Source: an uncultured archaeon (GTDB lineage Archaea; Iainarchaeota; Iainarchaeia; Iainarchaeales; DTGL01). Taken from it: a stretch of DNA of 43,024 nt. The notes below the pieces were generated by a model, which was not told where the DNA came from, made no database searches, and was given only the letters and a program-made list of their open reading frames with translations. Both the position numbers and the translations under genes were made by a program. Each line of letters begins with the position of its first letter. Within the stretch, counting starts at the first letter, position 1. This document shows positions 26,675 to 36,034 of this stretch, piece after piece. The DNA lies in the NCBI GenBank assembly GCA_964551725.1, contig CAZKED010000004.1, positions 37,326 through 80,349 of the forward strand. Reading direction: 5' to 3'.

Positions 26675-27859
26675 TCAGAACCCCAGGTAAATAATAACGG
26701 TGGGCACCATTAAAAAAGCCATGCAGTTCGTTCTCCTGATTCCGGAGGCAATGCAGTAATACCCTATTGCGGCGCTTGCTGCCGTTGCAATCACGCCCAA
26801 AAACCCGCTCAGAAAAAGCACGAGAGGAAAAAGAAACCCGAGCACCGAGAGGTTTAGAGCGCGGTAGGGAATCGATGCAATTCTTTTGAGCAAAGCCCTT
26901 CCCAAAAAGAGCGCGGCGAAAACGGAAAAGCACATTGCAATCAGCACCGCTCCGGAAATAAGCGCGAGATGCGCTTCCTTCAGCACGACAATTTCCCTGA
27001 TTGCTGCGGCAACCCCTGTCCTTGTTTTTCCGAGCGCGAATAAAACAAAAAAGGAAAAAATCAAGTTCACGGTGTTGATGCCTCCTAAAAGAACCAAGTA
27101 CTGCTCGGTGCGCATTTTCCCCATAACCTTTTTCACAAGGAATGCCGCCTGCGCCGGTCCTATGCTCGGCATCAGTGAAACCGTGCTTCCCGCCATAACG
27201 CTTAGAAAGGAACCCTGCAGTGCATCCCCCGCTCCCACGCTTTCCCTTTCCACTTCCTGTTCTCTCAGCAACGGCTTTTTCCTCAGCGAATGCAGCAGCG
27301 TTGCAACAGCAAAAAACCCTATTATCAGCGGCACTAATGGATTGGGAATTGTGCCTGCCCTGAGTACGATTGTTCCTAGCAATCCGCTCAGTGCAAGCAC
27401 CAGTGCAGCGCTTCCCCTCCTTCCTTTCTCCGAGAAAAGCATTGAGGCAAGCACCGCCGCAAGCACAAGGGGAATAATTGCCGGAAGCAGAAATTCAATC
27501 CTTGAAATGAACAAGAGGAAAAAAGGGGAGAGCGCGAGCGCGAGAATTCCTCCCACGAGCCCGCCCGTCACGGTAAGGCTCAGTGCCCTGAAGCCCTTTC
27601 CCCTCAGCAAATACCTATGCCCCGGCAGCACTGCCAGAAAGCTTTCAGAATCAGGCGCTCCGAGAACAATGCTCGGAATGAAATCCATAAAGGAATGCGT
27701 TACCCCCATTGCAACAATGAGTGCAATGCCATCGGGACCGGCAGCAAATGCAAAAAGCAGTATTAAAGCGGACATTGTGTTCACGTGAATGCCCGGCACC
27801 ATTCCCGTAAGAGTTCCTAGCAGGCATCCGGCAAAAATGAAAAAGAGCAGTTCAATCAT
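26675..27859 (-). CDS. Tripartite tricarboxylate transporter TctA-like permease (archaeal DUF112 type)
   Basis: GTLTGMVPGIHVN, FIPSIVLGAPD, LPGHRYLLRGKG; many TM helices. Confidence 0.85.
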   Translation of the reverse strand: MIELLFFIFAGCLLGTLTGMVPGIHVNTMSALILLFAFAAGPDGIALIVAMGVTHSFMDFIPSIVLGAPDSESFLAVLPGHRYLLRGKGFRALSLTVTGGLVGGILALALSPFFLLFISRIEFLLPAIIPLVLAAVLASMLFSEKGRRGSAALVLALSGLLGTIVLRAGTIPNPLVPLIIGFFAVATLLHSLRKKPLLREQEVERESVGAGDALQGSFLSVMAGSTVSLMPSIGPAQAAFLVKKVMGKMRTEQYLVLLGGINTVNLIFSFFVLFALGKTRTGVAAAIREIVVLKEAHLALISGAVLIAMCFSVFAALFLGRALLKRIASIPYRALNLSVLGFLFPLVLFLSGFLGVIATAASAAIGYYCIASGIRRTNCMAFLMVPTVIIYLGF

Positions 27860-28206
27860 TTTATCTCCAACGCAACAATTTCCAGTTCGCCCCTGTATTC
27901 CTGCACTTTTCCCCTGACGGAGACAAGCGCGCCTTCCTTTACGAGTTCAGCGTGCTCCCGGCGCGGATTGAAAAGAACCACTTTCACCCTGTTGCCGTCG
28001 TTGATTCCGAAGAGTAACGCGCTTTCCCCCAGATGAGCCCATTCCACCATTCCGCGGACGCACACTTCTTTTTCCAGCATTCCCTCGTTTATTTTTCCCG
28101 CGGGAATGGGCGGGCATTCCCCCGAATAAGAGTAATAAAAGAGGAAAACTATCCCCGCCAGCCCGCACAGCAAAGCGAACTGGTTCAACCTGTGCTCTCC
28201 CAGCAT
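27856..28206 (-). CDS. Membrane-anchored OB-fold protein
   Basis: N-terminal TM helix; V.VRG.V...VSVRGKVQEYRGELEI OB-fold strands. Confidence 0.78.
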   Translation of the reverse strand: MLGEHRLNQFALLCGLAGIVFLFYYSYSGECPPIPAGKINEGMLEKEVCVRGMVEWAHLGESALLFGINDGNRVKVVLFNPRREHAELVKEGALVSVRGKVQEYRGELEIVALEIK

Positions 28207-28240
28207 TGAAAAAATTGCGCTCGGAAAAAATTAAAAACAC

Positions 28241-28810
28241 TTATTGTTCCGCTTTTCCCGTGATTGCAACAGGCTCTTTGCCAAAAAGCTTCCTTCCGAT
28301 TTTCACTTTCACCGTTTCTCCTTTCCCGTATTTCCTGTTCGTCTCAACCACGTATTTTCCTTCCCTTACCCCCGAAAAGATATCGAAAGGGATTTCGATT
28401 GCAGCGTTCTCGCTGTCGCACAGTATTACCCTGCCTTTCACCTTTCCTTTCGAAAAGAATGCTTTGAAAAAAAGAACGAATGCGAGAAGTGAAACTGCAA
28501 GCATGAGCGCAGCATTGAAGCCCGCCAGGAATCCCTCCGAGGTGAACACCAAAAAAACCGCTGCCTGCACTATAAGTAGCAGCACTCCGAAGAGAACCAC
28601 GAAGGCAAACTTGTCCTCCTTGAATTCGCCGAAAACGCCGAGTGCCAGCAGTGCCAGGTAAACTACAGCGAGAGCCATTTCGCTGTAAACAAGAGATTCA
28701 ACACGCCACTGAAAGCGCAGCAGTCCAAGCAAAACCATTGCCACGAGCAATACCTCGAGCAATGCAAAAAAGGCCTGCTTTTTACGCTTTTTTTCAAACT
28801 CCATTTTCAA
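28241..28810 (-). CDS. Membrane protein (DUF2101-like)
   Basis: About four TM helices followed by a small beta domain (FDIFSGVREGKYVV...G..VKV). Confidence 0.6.
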   Translation of the reverse strand: MKMEFEKKRKKQAFFALLEVLLVAMVLLGLLRFQWRVESLVYSEMALAVVYLALLALGVFGEFKEDKFAFVVLFGVLLLIVQAAVFLVFTSEGFLAGFNAALMLAVSLLAFVLFFKAFFSKGKVKGRVILCDSENAAIEIPFDIFSGVREGKYVVETNRKYGKGETVKVKIGRKLFGKEPVAITGKAEQ

Positions 28811-29391
28811 CCCTCTGCTTCCTCCGCTTTTTTGTTCAGTTCGACTGCCCTTTGCCCGGCTTCCTCCAGCGTTGCACCCAAGGCAATGAATCCGTGCCCT
28901 TTCATCTGCAGGACATTGTTTCCTGAAAGCACTTTAAGCACTTCGTCCTTCAATGCAAGGGTTCCGTAAGGTCGCTCTTTTTCCGTTTCCACAATCCCCA
29001 ATTCCGAAGCATGTTTTGTTATTGCGGCGTTGTGTCCGTGCAATACTGCACTTACATCGCTTCTCGCGCCATAGATTCCCGCGTGCAGGAACGCTTCGCT
29101 TGATGGCTCGTTGTCTCCTATGGCTCTTATGGTGAGAGATGCTTCGTTCACTTCGACCACTTCCACGAGCTCGTCCTCAGTTATGCTGGAAAAGTTCCTT
29201 CCGCTCGGCGTTATAAGGAAGCCCCTGCCTGTCCTTACGGAAATGTTTCCAGCGACATCTCCGCCGGGGGAGGCAACCCCCATGCTGTGGAACTCACGGC
29301 ACCATTTTATTAGTTCCGCGGCATTCTGCATTTCCCTTTCCCCTTCCAGGAATTCCACTTCAAATTTTGTTCCAGCGTATTCCTCTGCCAT
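28807..29391 (-). CDS. Class II aldolase/adducin family protein (FucA/MtnB-like)
   Basis: AGNISVR, ITPSG, PSSEAFLH..IY, AVLHGH, GHG...LG.TLEEA; ATG at 29391. Confidence 0.85.
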   Translation of the reverse strand: MAEEYAGTKFEVEFLEGEREMQNAAELIKWCREFHSMGVASPGGDVAGNISVRTGRGFLITPSGRNFSSITEDELVEVVEVNEASLTIRAIGDNEPSSEAFLHAGIYGARSDVSAVLHGHNAAITKHASELGIVETEKERPYGTLALKDEVLKVLSGNNVLQMKGHGFIALGATLEEAGQRAVELNKKAEEAEG

Positions 29392-30431
29392 TAAAACAGC
29401 CCCTTTATTGATTTGCGGTTCGGTTTTATTATTCCTTCCTCGGTGATAATTCCGCGCACGTATTTGCGCGGGGTAACATCGAATCCTGGATTGAATGCTT
29501 TGCTTTTCCTGGGGGCAATTCTTTTCCCGGAGCAAAAGAGAACCTCTTTTCCGGCGCGCTCCTCTATTGGTATGTTCCCGCCTTTTTCGCACTCCAAGTC
29601 AAAAGTGCTCGTGGGAGCGGCGACATAGAACGGAATGCCGCATTCCTTTGCCAGCACCGCTTTTTCGTAAGTGCCTATTTTGTTCGCTATGTCCCCGTTT
29701 GCCGCGATGCGGTCCGCTCCCACAATGCACAAATCGATTTCGCCGCGCTGCATGTAATAGCCTGCTGCGTTGTCCGCTATGATTCTGTGCGGAATGCTCT
29801 CGTTCACAAGCTCCCATGCAGTAAGGCGCGAGCCCTGCATTCTCGGTCTTGTTTCGTCCGCGAAAACGAAAACTTTTTTCCCCTGCCTTTTCGCTGCATA
29901 GACTGGCGCGAGCGCTGAACCCCAGTCCTGCAATGCAAGCCAGCCGGCATTGCAGTGCGTTAGCATGCGCGTTCCGTTTTTCAGCAGTTTTTGACCGTGC
30001 TTTCCTATCATTTCCCCGCGTTTTGCGTACTCGTCGCTTATTTTCTCCGCCTCTTTCACCGCTGCCTTTCCCGCCTTCTCCAAGTTCTTTCCCTTTACAG
30101 CGCGCTCCACCCTTCCGATTGCCCAGAACAGGTCGAATGCTGTTGGCCTTGTGCTGCGCAGCCGCGCAAAACCTTTCTCCACATAATCGTTGAATTTTTT
30201 TCTCGGGGCTTCCAATACTGCCTGTGCCGCGCCGAATGCTGCTGCCGCTCCGATTGAGCCCGCTCCCCTTACGGTCATGTTCTCAATCGCTTTCGCTGTT
30301 TCCCTGTGGCTTTCGAGCGTTGCAATGCTGAAGCGCGCGGGAAGCGCGCACTGGTCAATCATTTTTACGGTTGAATGTTGCATCCAGACAGCGCGGAACC
30401 ATTTCCTTTTCCCGCGGAATTTGACGAGCAT
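29391..30431 (-). CDS. mtnA: S-methyl-5-thioribose-1-phosphate isomerase
   Basis: IDQ..LP, MTVRGA, RPTA, LTHCNAG, DETRPRMQGSRLTAWEL, GADRIAANGD.ANKIGTY, NPGFDVTP. Confidence 0.92.
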   Translation of the reverse strand: MLVKFRGKRKWFRAVWMQHSTVKMIDQCALPARFSIATLESHRETAKAIENMTVRGAGSIGAAAAFGAAQAVLEAPRKKFNDYVEKGFARLRSTRPTAFDLFWAIGRVERAVKGKNLEKAGKAAVKEAEKISDEYAKRGEMIGKHGQKLLKNGTRMLTHCNAGWLALQDWGSALAPVYAAKRQGKKVFVFADETRPRMQGSRLTAWELVNESIPHRIIADNAAGYYMQRGEIDLCIVGADRIAANGDIANKIGTYEKAVLAKECGIPFYVAAPTSTFDLECEKGGNIPIEERAGKEVLFCSGKRIAPRKSKAFNPGFDVTPRKYVRGIITEEGIIKPNRKSIKGLF

Positions 30432-30468
30432 GCTTTTAGAATTAGTTTGAAAAGAGTTTTAAGGTATT

Positions 30469-31056
30469 CTATCTCTTCTTTTTCCTGCGCGCCTTTTCCG
30501 CTCCGCGCCCTTTTCTGCGCAGTCCGCGGTGCTTTTTTCCCGCGCTGGTCAGGCCGCGGTGCGCTCTTCCTTTCTGCGTTTTACTGCAAATCCACTTGAG
30601 TTCCTTGTCGGAGCGTATCTCGGGAGCGGAGGTGTCCACGAGAATGACCTCAAAGTACTTGTGCTTGCCGTCTTCTCCCACAATGTAAGAATTGAGCACT
30701 TCGCAGTTGGGGAATTTCCTTGCGGCTTTTTCTTCAGCGATTGCCTGTATGTTCTTCCTTCTCGTGAGTTTTTTCACTCCCATTCTTTTGGGTCTGCGCC
30801 CGTGCCTCGGTCTTTTGTGTGCTCCGGAGCCTTTCCTCGCCTTCACCCTTGCAACGAGGATTCCTTTTTTCGCTCTGTACCCGAGTTCGCGCGCTCTTGC
30901 AATATTTGTGGGTTTTTCCACTCTCTGCACTGTGCGCTCTTGTCTCCTGAACCCCATTATTCTTTGCCTGTACAACTGCTTATAGTCCTGTTCCCCGCTT
31001 TTTTCTCCCCGAAATTCCTTTTGGAATGTTTCCTTCACATACTTCATTGAACCCAT
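30469..31056 (-). CDS. rpl15e: 50S ribosomal protein L15e
   Basis: RARELGYRAKKG, AEEKAARKFPNCEVLNSY, YFEVILVD, RGLTSAGKKHRGL. Confidence 0.97.
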   Translation of the reverse strand: MGSMKYVKETFQKEFRGEKSGEQDYKQLYRQRIMGFRRQERTVQRVEKPTNIARARELGYRAKKGILVARVKARKGSGAHKRPRHGRRPKRMGVKKLTRRKNIQAIAEEKAARKFPNCEVLNSYIVGEDGKHKYFEVILVDTSAPEIRSDKELKWICSKTQKGRAHRGLTSAGKKHRGLRRKGRGAEKARRKKKR

Positions 31057-31183
31057 TTTTATCCCCGTGTTCGAAAATGCAAAAAGAGGTTAAAACCTTT
31101 TCTGGATTTTAATTATTCTGCTGGACAAGGATTTTAATCCTTTCGCCGCCCCCTGCGCGGAGGCAGGAATTGGAAATGGTTTC

Positions 31184-32197
31184 ATGTTAGGGGAAAAGCG
31201 CTTCGGAGTGAAGCAAATGCCTGAAAAGGATGCGAAATGCATAAAATGCGGCAAGCCCGCGGAAGTTCTCCTTCCCTACGGACCGCAGGCGTTCTGCGCA
31301 GAGCATTTTTGCTCCCTTATAGAAGCGAGGTACGGGAAAACCGTGCGGGCATTCTCCCTCTTTCCCGCCGGCAGCAAACTGCTTTTTGCAGTCAGCGGGG
31401 GCAAGGATTCTCTCACAGCGCTGTATCTCGGACAAAAGTTTTTTTCGCAGAGAAACAAAATTTCCGCCCTTCTTATTGATGAAGGAGTGCGCGGTTACCG
31501 CAGCAAAGCTCTGGCGGTGGCGGAAAAGAACTGCGGGGAATGGGGCATTCCCTTCACGCGCATTTCTTTCCGCGAGGAATTCGGTCTTTCGATGGACGGC
31601 ATTGTTAAAAAAATGCGCTCCTCGGAAGAAAACTTGGGCTCGCCGTGCGCGTTCTGCGGAACGTTGCGCCGCACTCTAATGAACAGGTACGCGCGCAAAC
31701 TGCGTGCCGACAGGCTGGTGACAGGCCACAATTTGGACGACGAATGCCAGAGCATTTTAATGAATTCCCTCGATAACGATTTGCCGAGGTTTGTTAGGAG
31801 CGGCGCGGTCTCAGGAGTGAAGGAATTCAAGGGTTTCGTGCAGCGCGTCAAGCCATTGAGCGAAATCCCGGAGCACGAGATAGTGCTTTACGCTTCCTTC
31901 AAGGACATTCCCTTCCATTTCGGAGAACGCTGTCCCTACCGCGGGGAGGCAAAGAGGAACCGCTTTCGAACTCTGCTGGACGAATTGGAGGAATCCTATC
32001 CGGGCTCTAAGCATTCCCTGTGGAATTTCTTCAACGAGGTGAAGCCATTGCTTTTGGAGAGCGGGAAGTTTTCGGCGGCAAAACTGAATTCCTGCACGAA
32101 ATGCGGTTCTCCCGCGCAGGGCAAAGAGTGCGATGCGTGCAGGAAGCTCCGCGCCCTGAAAAGACCGGTAAGGAAAAAGCACGGCAAAAAAAGCTGA
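31184..32197 (+). CDS. tRNA 2-thiolation protein (TtuA/Ncs6, TIGR00269-like); start may be ATG 31217
   Basis: N- and C-terminal Zn-finger CxxC motifs, PP-loop SGGKDS, CAFCG..RR, TGHNLDD, RVKPL, CPY. Confidence 0.9.
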   Translation: MLGEKRFGVKQMPEKDAKCIKCGKPAEVLLPYGPQAFCAEHFCSLIEARYGKTVRAFSLFPAGSKLLFAVSGGKDSLTALYLGQKFFSQRNKISALLIDEGVRGYRSKALAVAEKNCGEWGIPFTRISFREEFGLSMDGIVKKMRSSEENLGSPCAFCGTLRRTLMNRYARKLRADRLVTGHNLDDECQSILMNSLDNDLPRFVRSGAVSGVKEFKGFVQRVKPLSEIPEHEIVLYASFKDIPFHFGERCPYRGEAKRNRFRTLLDELEESYPGSKHSLWNFFNEVKPLLLESGKFSAAKLNSCTKCGSPAQGKECDACRKLRALKRPVRKKHGKKS

Positions 32198-32238
32198 CTG
32201 TTTTGTTTTAATTATTTTCCCTAAAATTATTAGTTTGA

Positions 32239-32310
32239 GGGCCTGTAGTCTAGCGGTTAGGATGCGACCTTGACATGGTCGTGACGGCAGTTCGACTCTG
32301 CCCAGGCCCA
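32239..32310 (+). tRNA. tRNA-Val(GAC), no intron
   Basis: Acceptor GGGCCTG/CAGGCCC+A; anticodon stem CGACC/GGTCG with loop TT-GAC-AT; T-loop TTCGACT; followed by a T-run. Confidence 0.95.
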
Positions 32311-32334
32311 TTTTTTCCAGAATCAGTTCTGCGC

Positions 32335-34620
32335 CTATTTCCCTTTAAGACTGCTTATTGCGAGCCCCATTTCTGCGGCGAACTGTTTTTCGAATTTTTC
32401 CAGTTCGAGTATTTTGGCGTCAATGAGCTTCACCCTGTCGTTGAACTGTTCCTGCATCTGTTTGGTTGTACTGTTGAATTTCTTTATTTTCTCGTTGAAT
32501 GCAGAAATGTTCTGGTCTATTACCTTAATGAACTGTTCCTTGAATACGTCCAGTTCTTTTGTTTCGCGCTTTATTTTCTCGTAGTCGATTTCCTGTTTGA
32601 GTTCCCTTGCTATTTTTTCCCTTTCCCTCTCCAACTGCTTTACCGTGAGTTCAACCCTGTGTGCGAACTCCTTCTCACGCTTTTCCACTGCAGCAGACAA
32701 GGGCTTCATTGCATCCGATACGAGTTTTTCCCTTATTTCCGCTATGCTCAGCTTGCTGTAGGGCTGCAGTCCCTGTATTATTTCCTCTCTCCTGCGTATT
32801 ATTTCATTGGCTCTGTCTTCCAGAGATTTCATTTCCTTGTTGTTTTCCTCCATGAATTTCTTCATTTCGCTCTTTGTTTTTATCAGTTCGGAGTTCATGT
32901 AGGACACGAGGTGGTCCTCCACGTCCTTCAATTCTTTCTTCTTTTTCTCCAGCAGCACCAGTTTCTCAATGTAGGTTTTCATTGCCTTGTCTACTTCTTC
33001 GAGCTTTGAATCCATTTTGCCGCTGAATTCCTTGGCGGATTTTTCCAGTTTTGCGTTGATGTCGTCAGAGAGCCCTTTCCTTATTTCATCCTTTCCTTTC
33101 TCGAATTCCTGTTTCATTCCGGTTTTTTCCTTTTCGAGTTCCTCTATTTCCTTTTTCATTTCGCTTTCTAGTGCATCCACCCCCGAAAGCCTTTTGTCGA
33201 TTGACTGGGTCAGGAATTTCTCTTTTTGGCTTATCCCCTCGTTTACCTTTGCCCTGATTTCCTCCATGAGTTTCTTTTTGGTGGTTTCGAGCTCTGCGAG
33301 CTTCTGCTTTATTTTTTCCGGGGAGAGGTCTTTTTTCAGTGCCTTGAGGTCCTTCACTTCCTTGTCAACCATCCCTTTCAATTCGTCGAGGTTTGACATT
33401 TTCACTCTTTCAATCCTGCTCTTCGCTTCGTCCATGAGGTCTTCTATTACCTCGGATTCGAGTTCAAGTGTTTTTGTGACCCTTTCATCCAGTTCTTTGA
33501 GTTTGCCTTCGGCGTCGTCCAAAAAAGAGTTTATTTCCTTTTTTGAGGAGGCGATGAGCTGAGTTGTTTCCCCTTTCGAGGAATTTATTAACTGAGCGGT
33601 TTCTTTTTTTGACGAATTTATCAGTTCGCTTATTTCGTTCCGCGAGCTTTCTATCAGTGCGAAGGAGTCGGATTTTGCCTTTCCGAGCACGCCCTCCATT
33701 TCCTCTAGGTGCGCCTTTTTCATTTCCGAGAACTGGGAGGCCATTTCGCCTATTTTTTGGCGTGTTTGCTCTGTTATTTCCTTTATTGTTTCTGTTTTGA
33801 GTTCGTCGAATTCCTTTTCCGTGCTGCGGACTTTTGCGCGTATGCCTTTTCTGAGTTCCGCGACGGTTTCCTGCCTTGCCTGCTCTATTGTTTTGTGGAC
33901 TTCTTCCAGGTGGGATTGCTCTCTTTTTAGCCTTTCAATTTCCCCCTTTGTGTTTTGCTGCAACTGCTCGAGTTTTTCTATTTCCGCGGAGAATTCCTCG
34001 CTTTTCTTTTGCTCTTCCTTTATTTTTTCAAGGTTTGATTTTATTCTGCCGTTCAGTTTTTTGAGTTCGACAATTTTTGCGTCTATTGTTTCAGTCAGCC
34101 CTTTTTCTTTCTCCTCGATGAGTGATTTTATTTTTTCGGTCTGCAGCGCATTCTTGGAATCCACGAGGGTCTGCATTTTCTGAATTTCGCTTTTGAGCAT
34201 TTTTTCCATTTTTTTCTCGGCTTCTTTTCCTTCCGAGATGCCGGAAAGTCTTTTCTCCATTTCCTCTTTTAATTTTTTCATTTCCTCGAGTTTTGCACTC
34301 ATGGAGGACATTACCCCTTTTTCCCACATCCTCCTTATTTTTTCCTCGTCTTCCTTCTTTCTTTTCTCCCTGTCCTCCATTTCCGCGAGGGTTTCCCCTT
34401 TTATTTCCACGACGCCCTTCATTGCCTCCTCCGCGCGCTTTTCGGGGATTGCCCCGAACTTGATGTCCTCTGACAGTTCTCCCTTTGCCCGCGCAATCAT
34501 TTTTTTTGCTTCTCTTTCGTTTAAGCCGACGTCTCTGAGGTTCTGCATTATTTCGCTTTCGCTGAGGTTGAGGTCCAGGAGTTTCCTTATGGATTCCAGT
34601 ATTACTTCCGTTTTGTCCAT
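32335..34620 (-). CDS. Large coiled-coil protein of unknown function (761 aa)
   Basis: Glu/Lys-rich heptad pattern throughout; no ATPase motifs or TM segments; four internal 11-aa repeats. Confidence 0.8.
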   Translation of the reverse strand: MDKTEVILESIRKLLDLNLSESEIMQNLRDVGLNEREAKKMIARAKGELSEDIKFGAIPEKRAEEAMKGVVEIKGETLAEMEDREKRKKEDEEKIRRMWEKGVMSSMSAKLEEMKKLKEEMEKRLSGISEGKEAEKKMEKMLKSEIQKMQTLVDSKNALQTEKIKSLIEEKEKGLTETIDAKIVELKKLNGRIKSNLEKIKEEQKKSEEFSAEIEKLEQLQQNTKGEIERLKREQSHLEEVHKTIEQARQETVAELRKGIRAKVRSTEKEFDELKTETIKEITEQTRQKIGEMASQFSEMKKAHLEEMEGVLGKAKSDSFALIESSRNEISELINSSKKETAQLINSSKGETTQLIASSKKEINSFLDDAEGKLKELDERVTKTLELESEVIEDLMDEAKSRIERVKMSNLDELKGMVDKEVKDLKALKKDLSPEKIKQKLAELETTKKKLMEEIRAKVNEGISQKEKFLTQSIDKRLSGVDALESEMKKEIEELEKEKTGMKQEFEKGKDEIRKGLSDDINAKLEKSAKEFSGKMDSKLEEVDKAMKTYIEKLVLLEKKKKELKDVEDHLVSYMNSELIKTKSEMKKFMEENNKEMKSLEDRANEIIRRREEIIQGLQPYSKLSIAEIREKLVSDAMKPLSAAVEKREKEFAHRVELTVKQLEREREKIARELKQEIDYEKIKRETKELDVFKEQFIKVIDQNISAFNEKIKKFNSTTKQMQEQFNDRVKLIDAKILELEKFEKQFAAEMGLAISSLKGK
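33526..33657 (-). repeat. 4 x 33-nt degenerate coding tandem repeat
   Basis: LIESSRNEISE / LINSSKKETAQ / LINSSKGETTQ / LIASSKKEINS. Confidence 0.75.
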
Positions 34621-34708
34621 TTCAAATCAAATAATAGTTCAAGGATTTATAAAAAGATATCCTTTCCATTCCCCGCCCTGATTGGGGGCAAAAACCTTTC
34701 CCGTTGAT

Positions 34709-34802
34709 TGGACCGGCCGGGGCTCGAACCCGGAGCCTCGTCCAGCGTGGTCTCCTTTCTGAAGATTGCCAAGGACGCGATCTACCGTTGATCTACCGGC
34801 CC
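34709..34802 (-). tRNA. tRNA-Ala(GGC) with a 22-nt intron at 37/38 (34745-34766)
   Basis: Reverse strand GGGCCGG...CCGGTCC+A with the G3-U70 Ala identity pair; anticodon stem CGTCC/GGACG, loop TT-GGC-A|T; intron hairpin TCTTC-AGAAA-GGAGA forms a relaxed BHB. Confidence 0.92.
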
Positions 34803-34879
34803 TCTTTTTTGCCTTCTCAGTTAAAGAATGTGCCAGCAAAAAGTTTTAAACAATTAGACTGCCTGGATGCTGCAGGAAA

Positions 34880-35098
34880 TCATATTGAAATGAGTATTAT
34901 GTTGTCGCCGCGCAGCATTATTTTGCTGTATTTTGCCTTAACTTCATCTGCTTTTATTTCTTCCGCTTCCTCGAGCACCAGATTCAAGTGCACGTCAAAT
35001 GCTTTCAGCGTTCCGCGGATGCTCTTGTTGTCCTTCAATTTCACCAGCACCTGCTTTCCCACAGCGTTGTTCAAATCGTCGAATGGCCTTTTTGTCAT
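34880..35098 (-). CDS. Sm-like (Lsm) RNA-binding protein
   Basis: RPFDDL...VLVKLK...GTLKAFDVHLNLVL..AEE...IMLRGDNIILIS. Confidence 0.95.
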   Translation of the reverse strand: MTKRPFDDLNNAVGKQVLVKLKDNKSIRGTLKAFDVHLNLVLEEAEEIKADEVKAKYSKIMLRGDNIILISI

Positions 35099-35922
35099 TT
35101 TTTCTCCTCCTTTGCTTCTGGCTCTTTCTTCGGCTTTTTTTGTTTTCTCCTGAAAATGCTTAAAATTCTTGAGAATATTGACTGTCTGCCAACTTCCTCG
35201 AACTGGACATTCTGCCCGCTCAGGCGTGCGGCCGCTGACTGGAATGCCCTTCCTGCCGGCGAATTCGGCTTTCTCAGTATTACTGGCTTTGGGTCTTTTT
35301 CAATAAATGTCTTCCTTACCTCGGGATCGTAGGGAATCACGCCATAGCACGGCAGTTCAAGCATTTTCATTATTTCGTCCCTTGTGAGTTCGCCTTTCTC
35401 GCCGCGGACCATGTTTATTATTACCCCGAATGGTTTTGAGAGCAGTCTTTCGGCGACCATTTTTGTTTTCAGCGCGTCGGCCAGACTCGGGGAATTGGGG
35501 TGCGTTATGAGCAGGACCTGCTTTCCCGAGCTCAGAGCGGACATTACGTTTCTTTCGATTCCGGCAGGGGCATCAAGCAAAACGAAATCGTAGTTGTCCT
35601 GCACCGCCTCGATTATTCCCTTGAGGCGTTCGGAGTCGGCGCTCCTGTAGCTTTCGAGGCTCAAACCGCTCGGAATAACGTCAACCCCTTTCGGACCCGA
35701 ATAAATTGCGTCTTCAACTGACGCTTCACCAATTAGCACTTCGTGCAGTGTAATGGGCGAGTTCTGCATTTTTAGCAGGAGAGAGAGGTTCGCCATTGCA
35801 ATGTCCGCGTCCACGAGAAGCACCCTCTGTCCCGTCATTGCAAGGGCTATGCCCATGTTTGCGGTCAGCGTTGTCTTTCCAACGCCTCCTTTTCCCGATG
35901 CAAAAGTAATGCTTCTGCCCAT
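35095..35922 (-). CDS. minD: MinD-family ATPase
   Basis: SGKGGVGKTT deviant Walker A, DADIAMANL, DAPAG, IPYDPEV, C-terminal amphipathic helix SIFSRILSIF. Confidence 0.92.
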   Translation of the reverse strand: MGRSITFASGKGGVGKTTLTANMGIALAMTGQRVLLVDADIAMANLSLLLKMQNSPITLHEVLIGEASVEDAIYSGPKGVDVIPSGLSLESYRSADSERLKGIIEAVQDNYDFVLLDAPAGIERNVMSALSSGKQVLLITHPNSPSLADALKTKMVAERLLSKPFGVIINMVRGEKGELTRDEIMKMLELPCYGVIPYDPEVRKTFIEKDPKPVILRKPNSPAGRAFQSAAARLSGQNVQFEEVGRQSIFSRILSIFRRKQKKPKKEPEAKEEKK

Positions 35923-36034
35923 TCTTCCACTTTTATCGCAGTTTTTTTCTTTTATACAATTAAGGCATAATTTTTTTTAAACCCGCCGTTGTGATTTTTT
36001 CCCCTTTTTTGCCTTTTCCGGTTCTTTTTACGCG

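Noticed and set aside
26886-27788. 300-aa + strand ORF
   Set aside because: Antisense shadow of the TctA-like permease; no motifs.
32275-34681. Several long Phe/Ser/Leu-rich + strand ORFs
   Set aside because: Antisense shadows of the 761-aa coiled-coil gene; one also overlaps tRNA-Val.
32239-34802. Integrated mobile element between tRNA-Val and tRNA-Ala
   Set aside because: No integrase, no duplicated tRNA 3' end (att site), and no obvious compositional shift.
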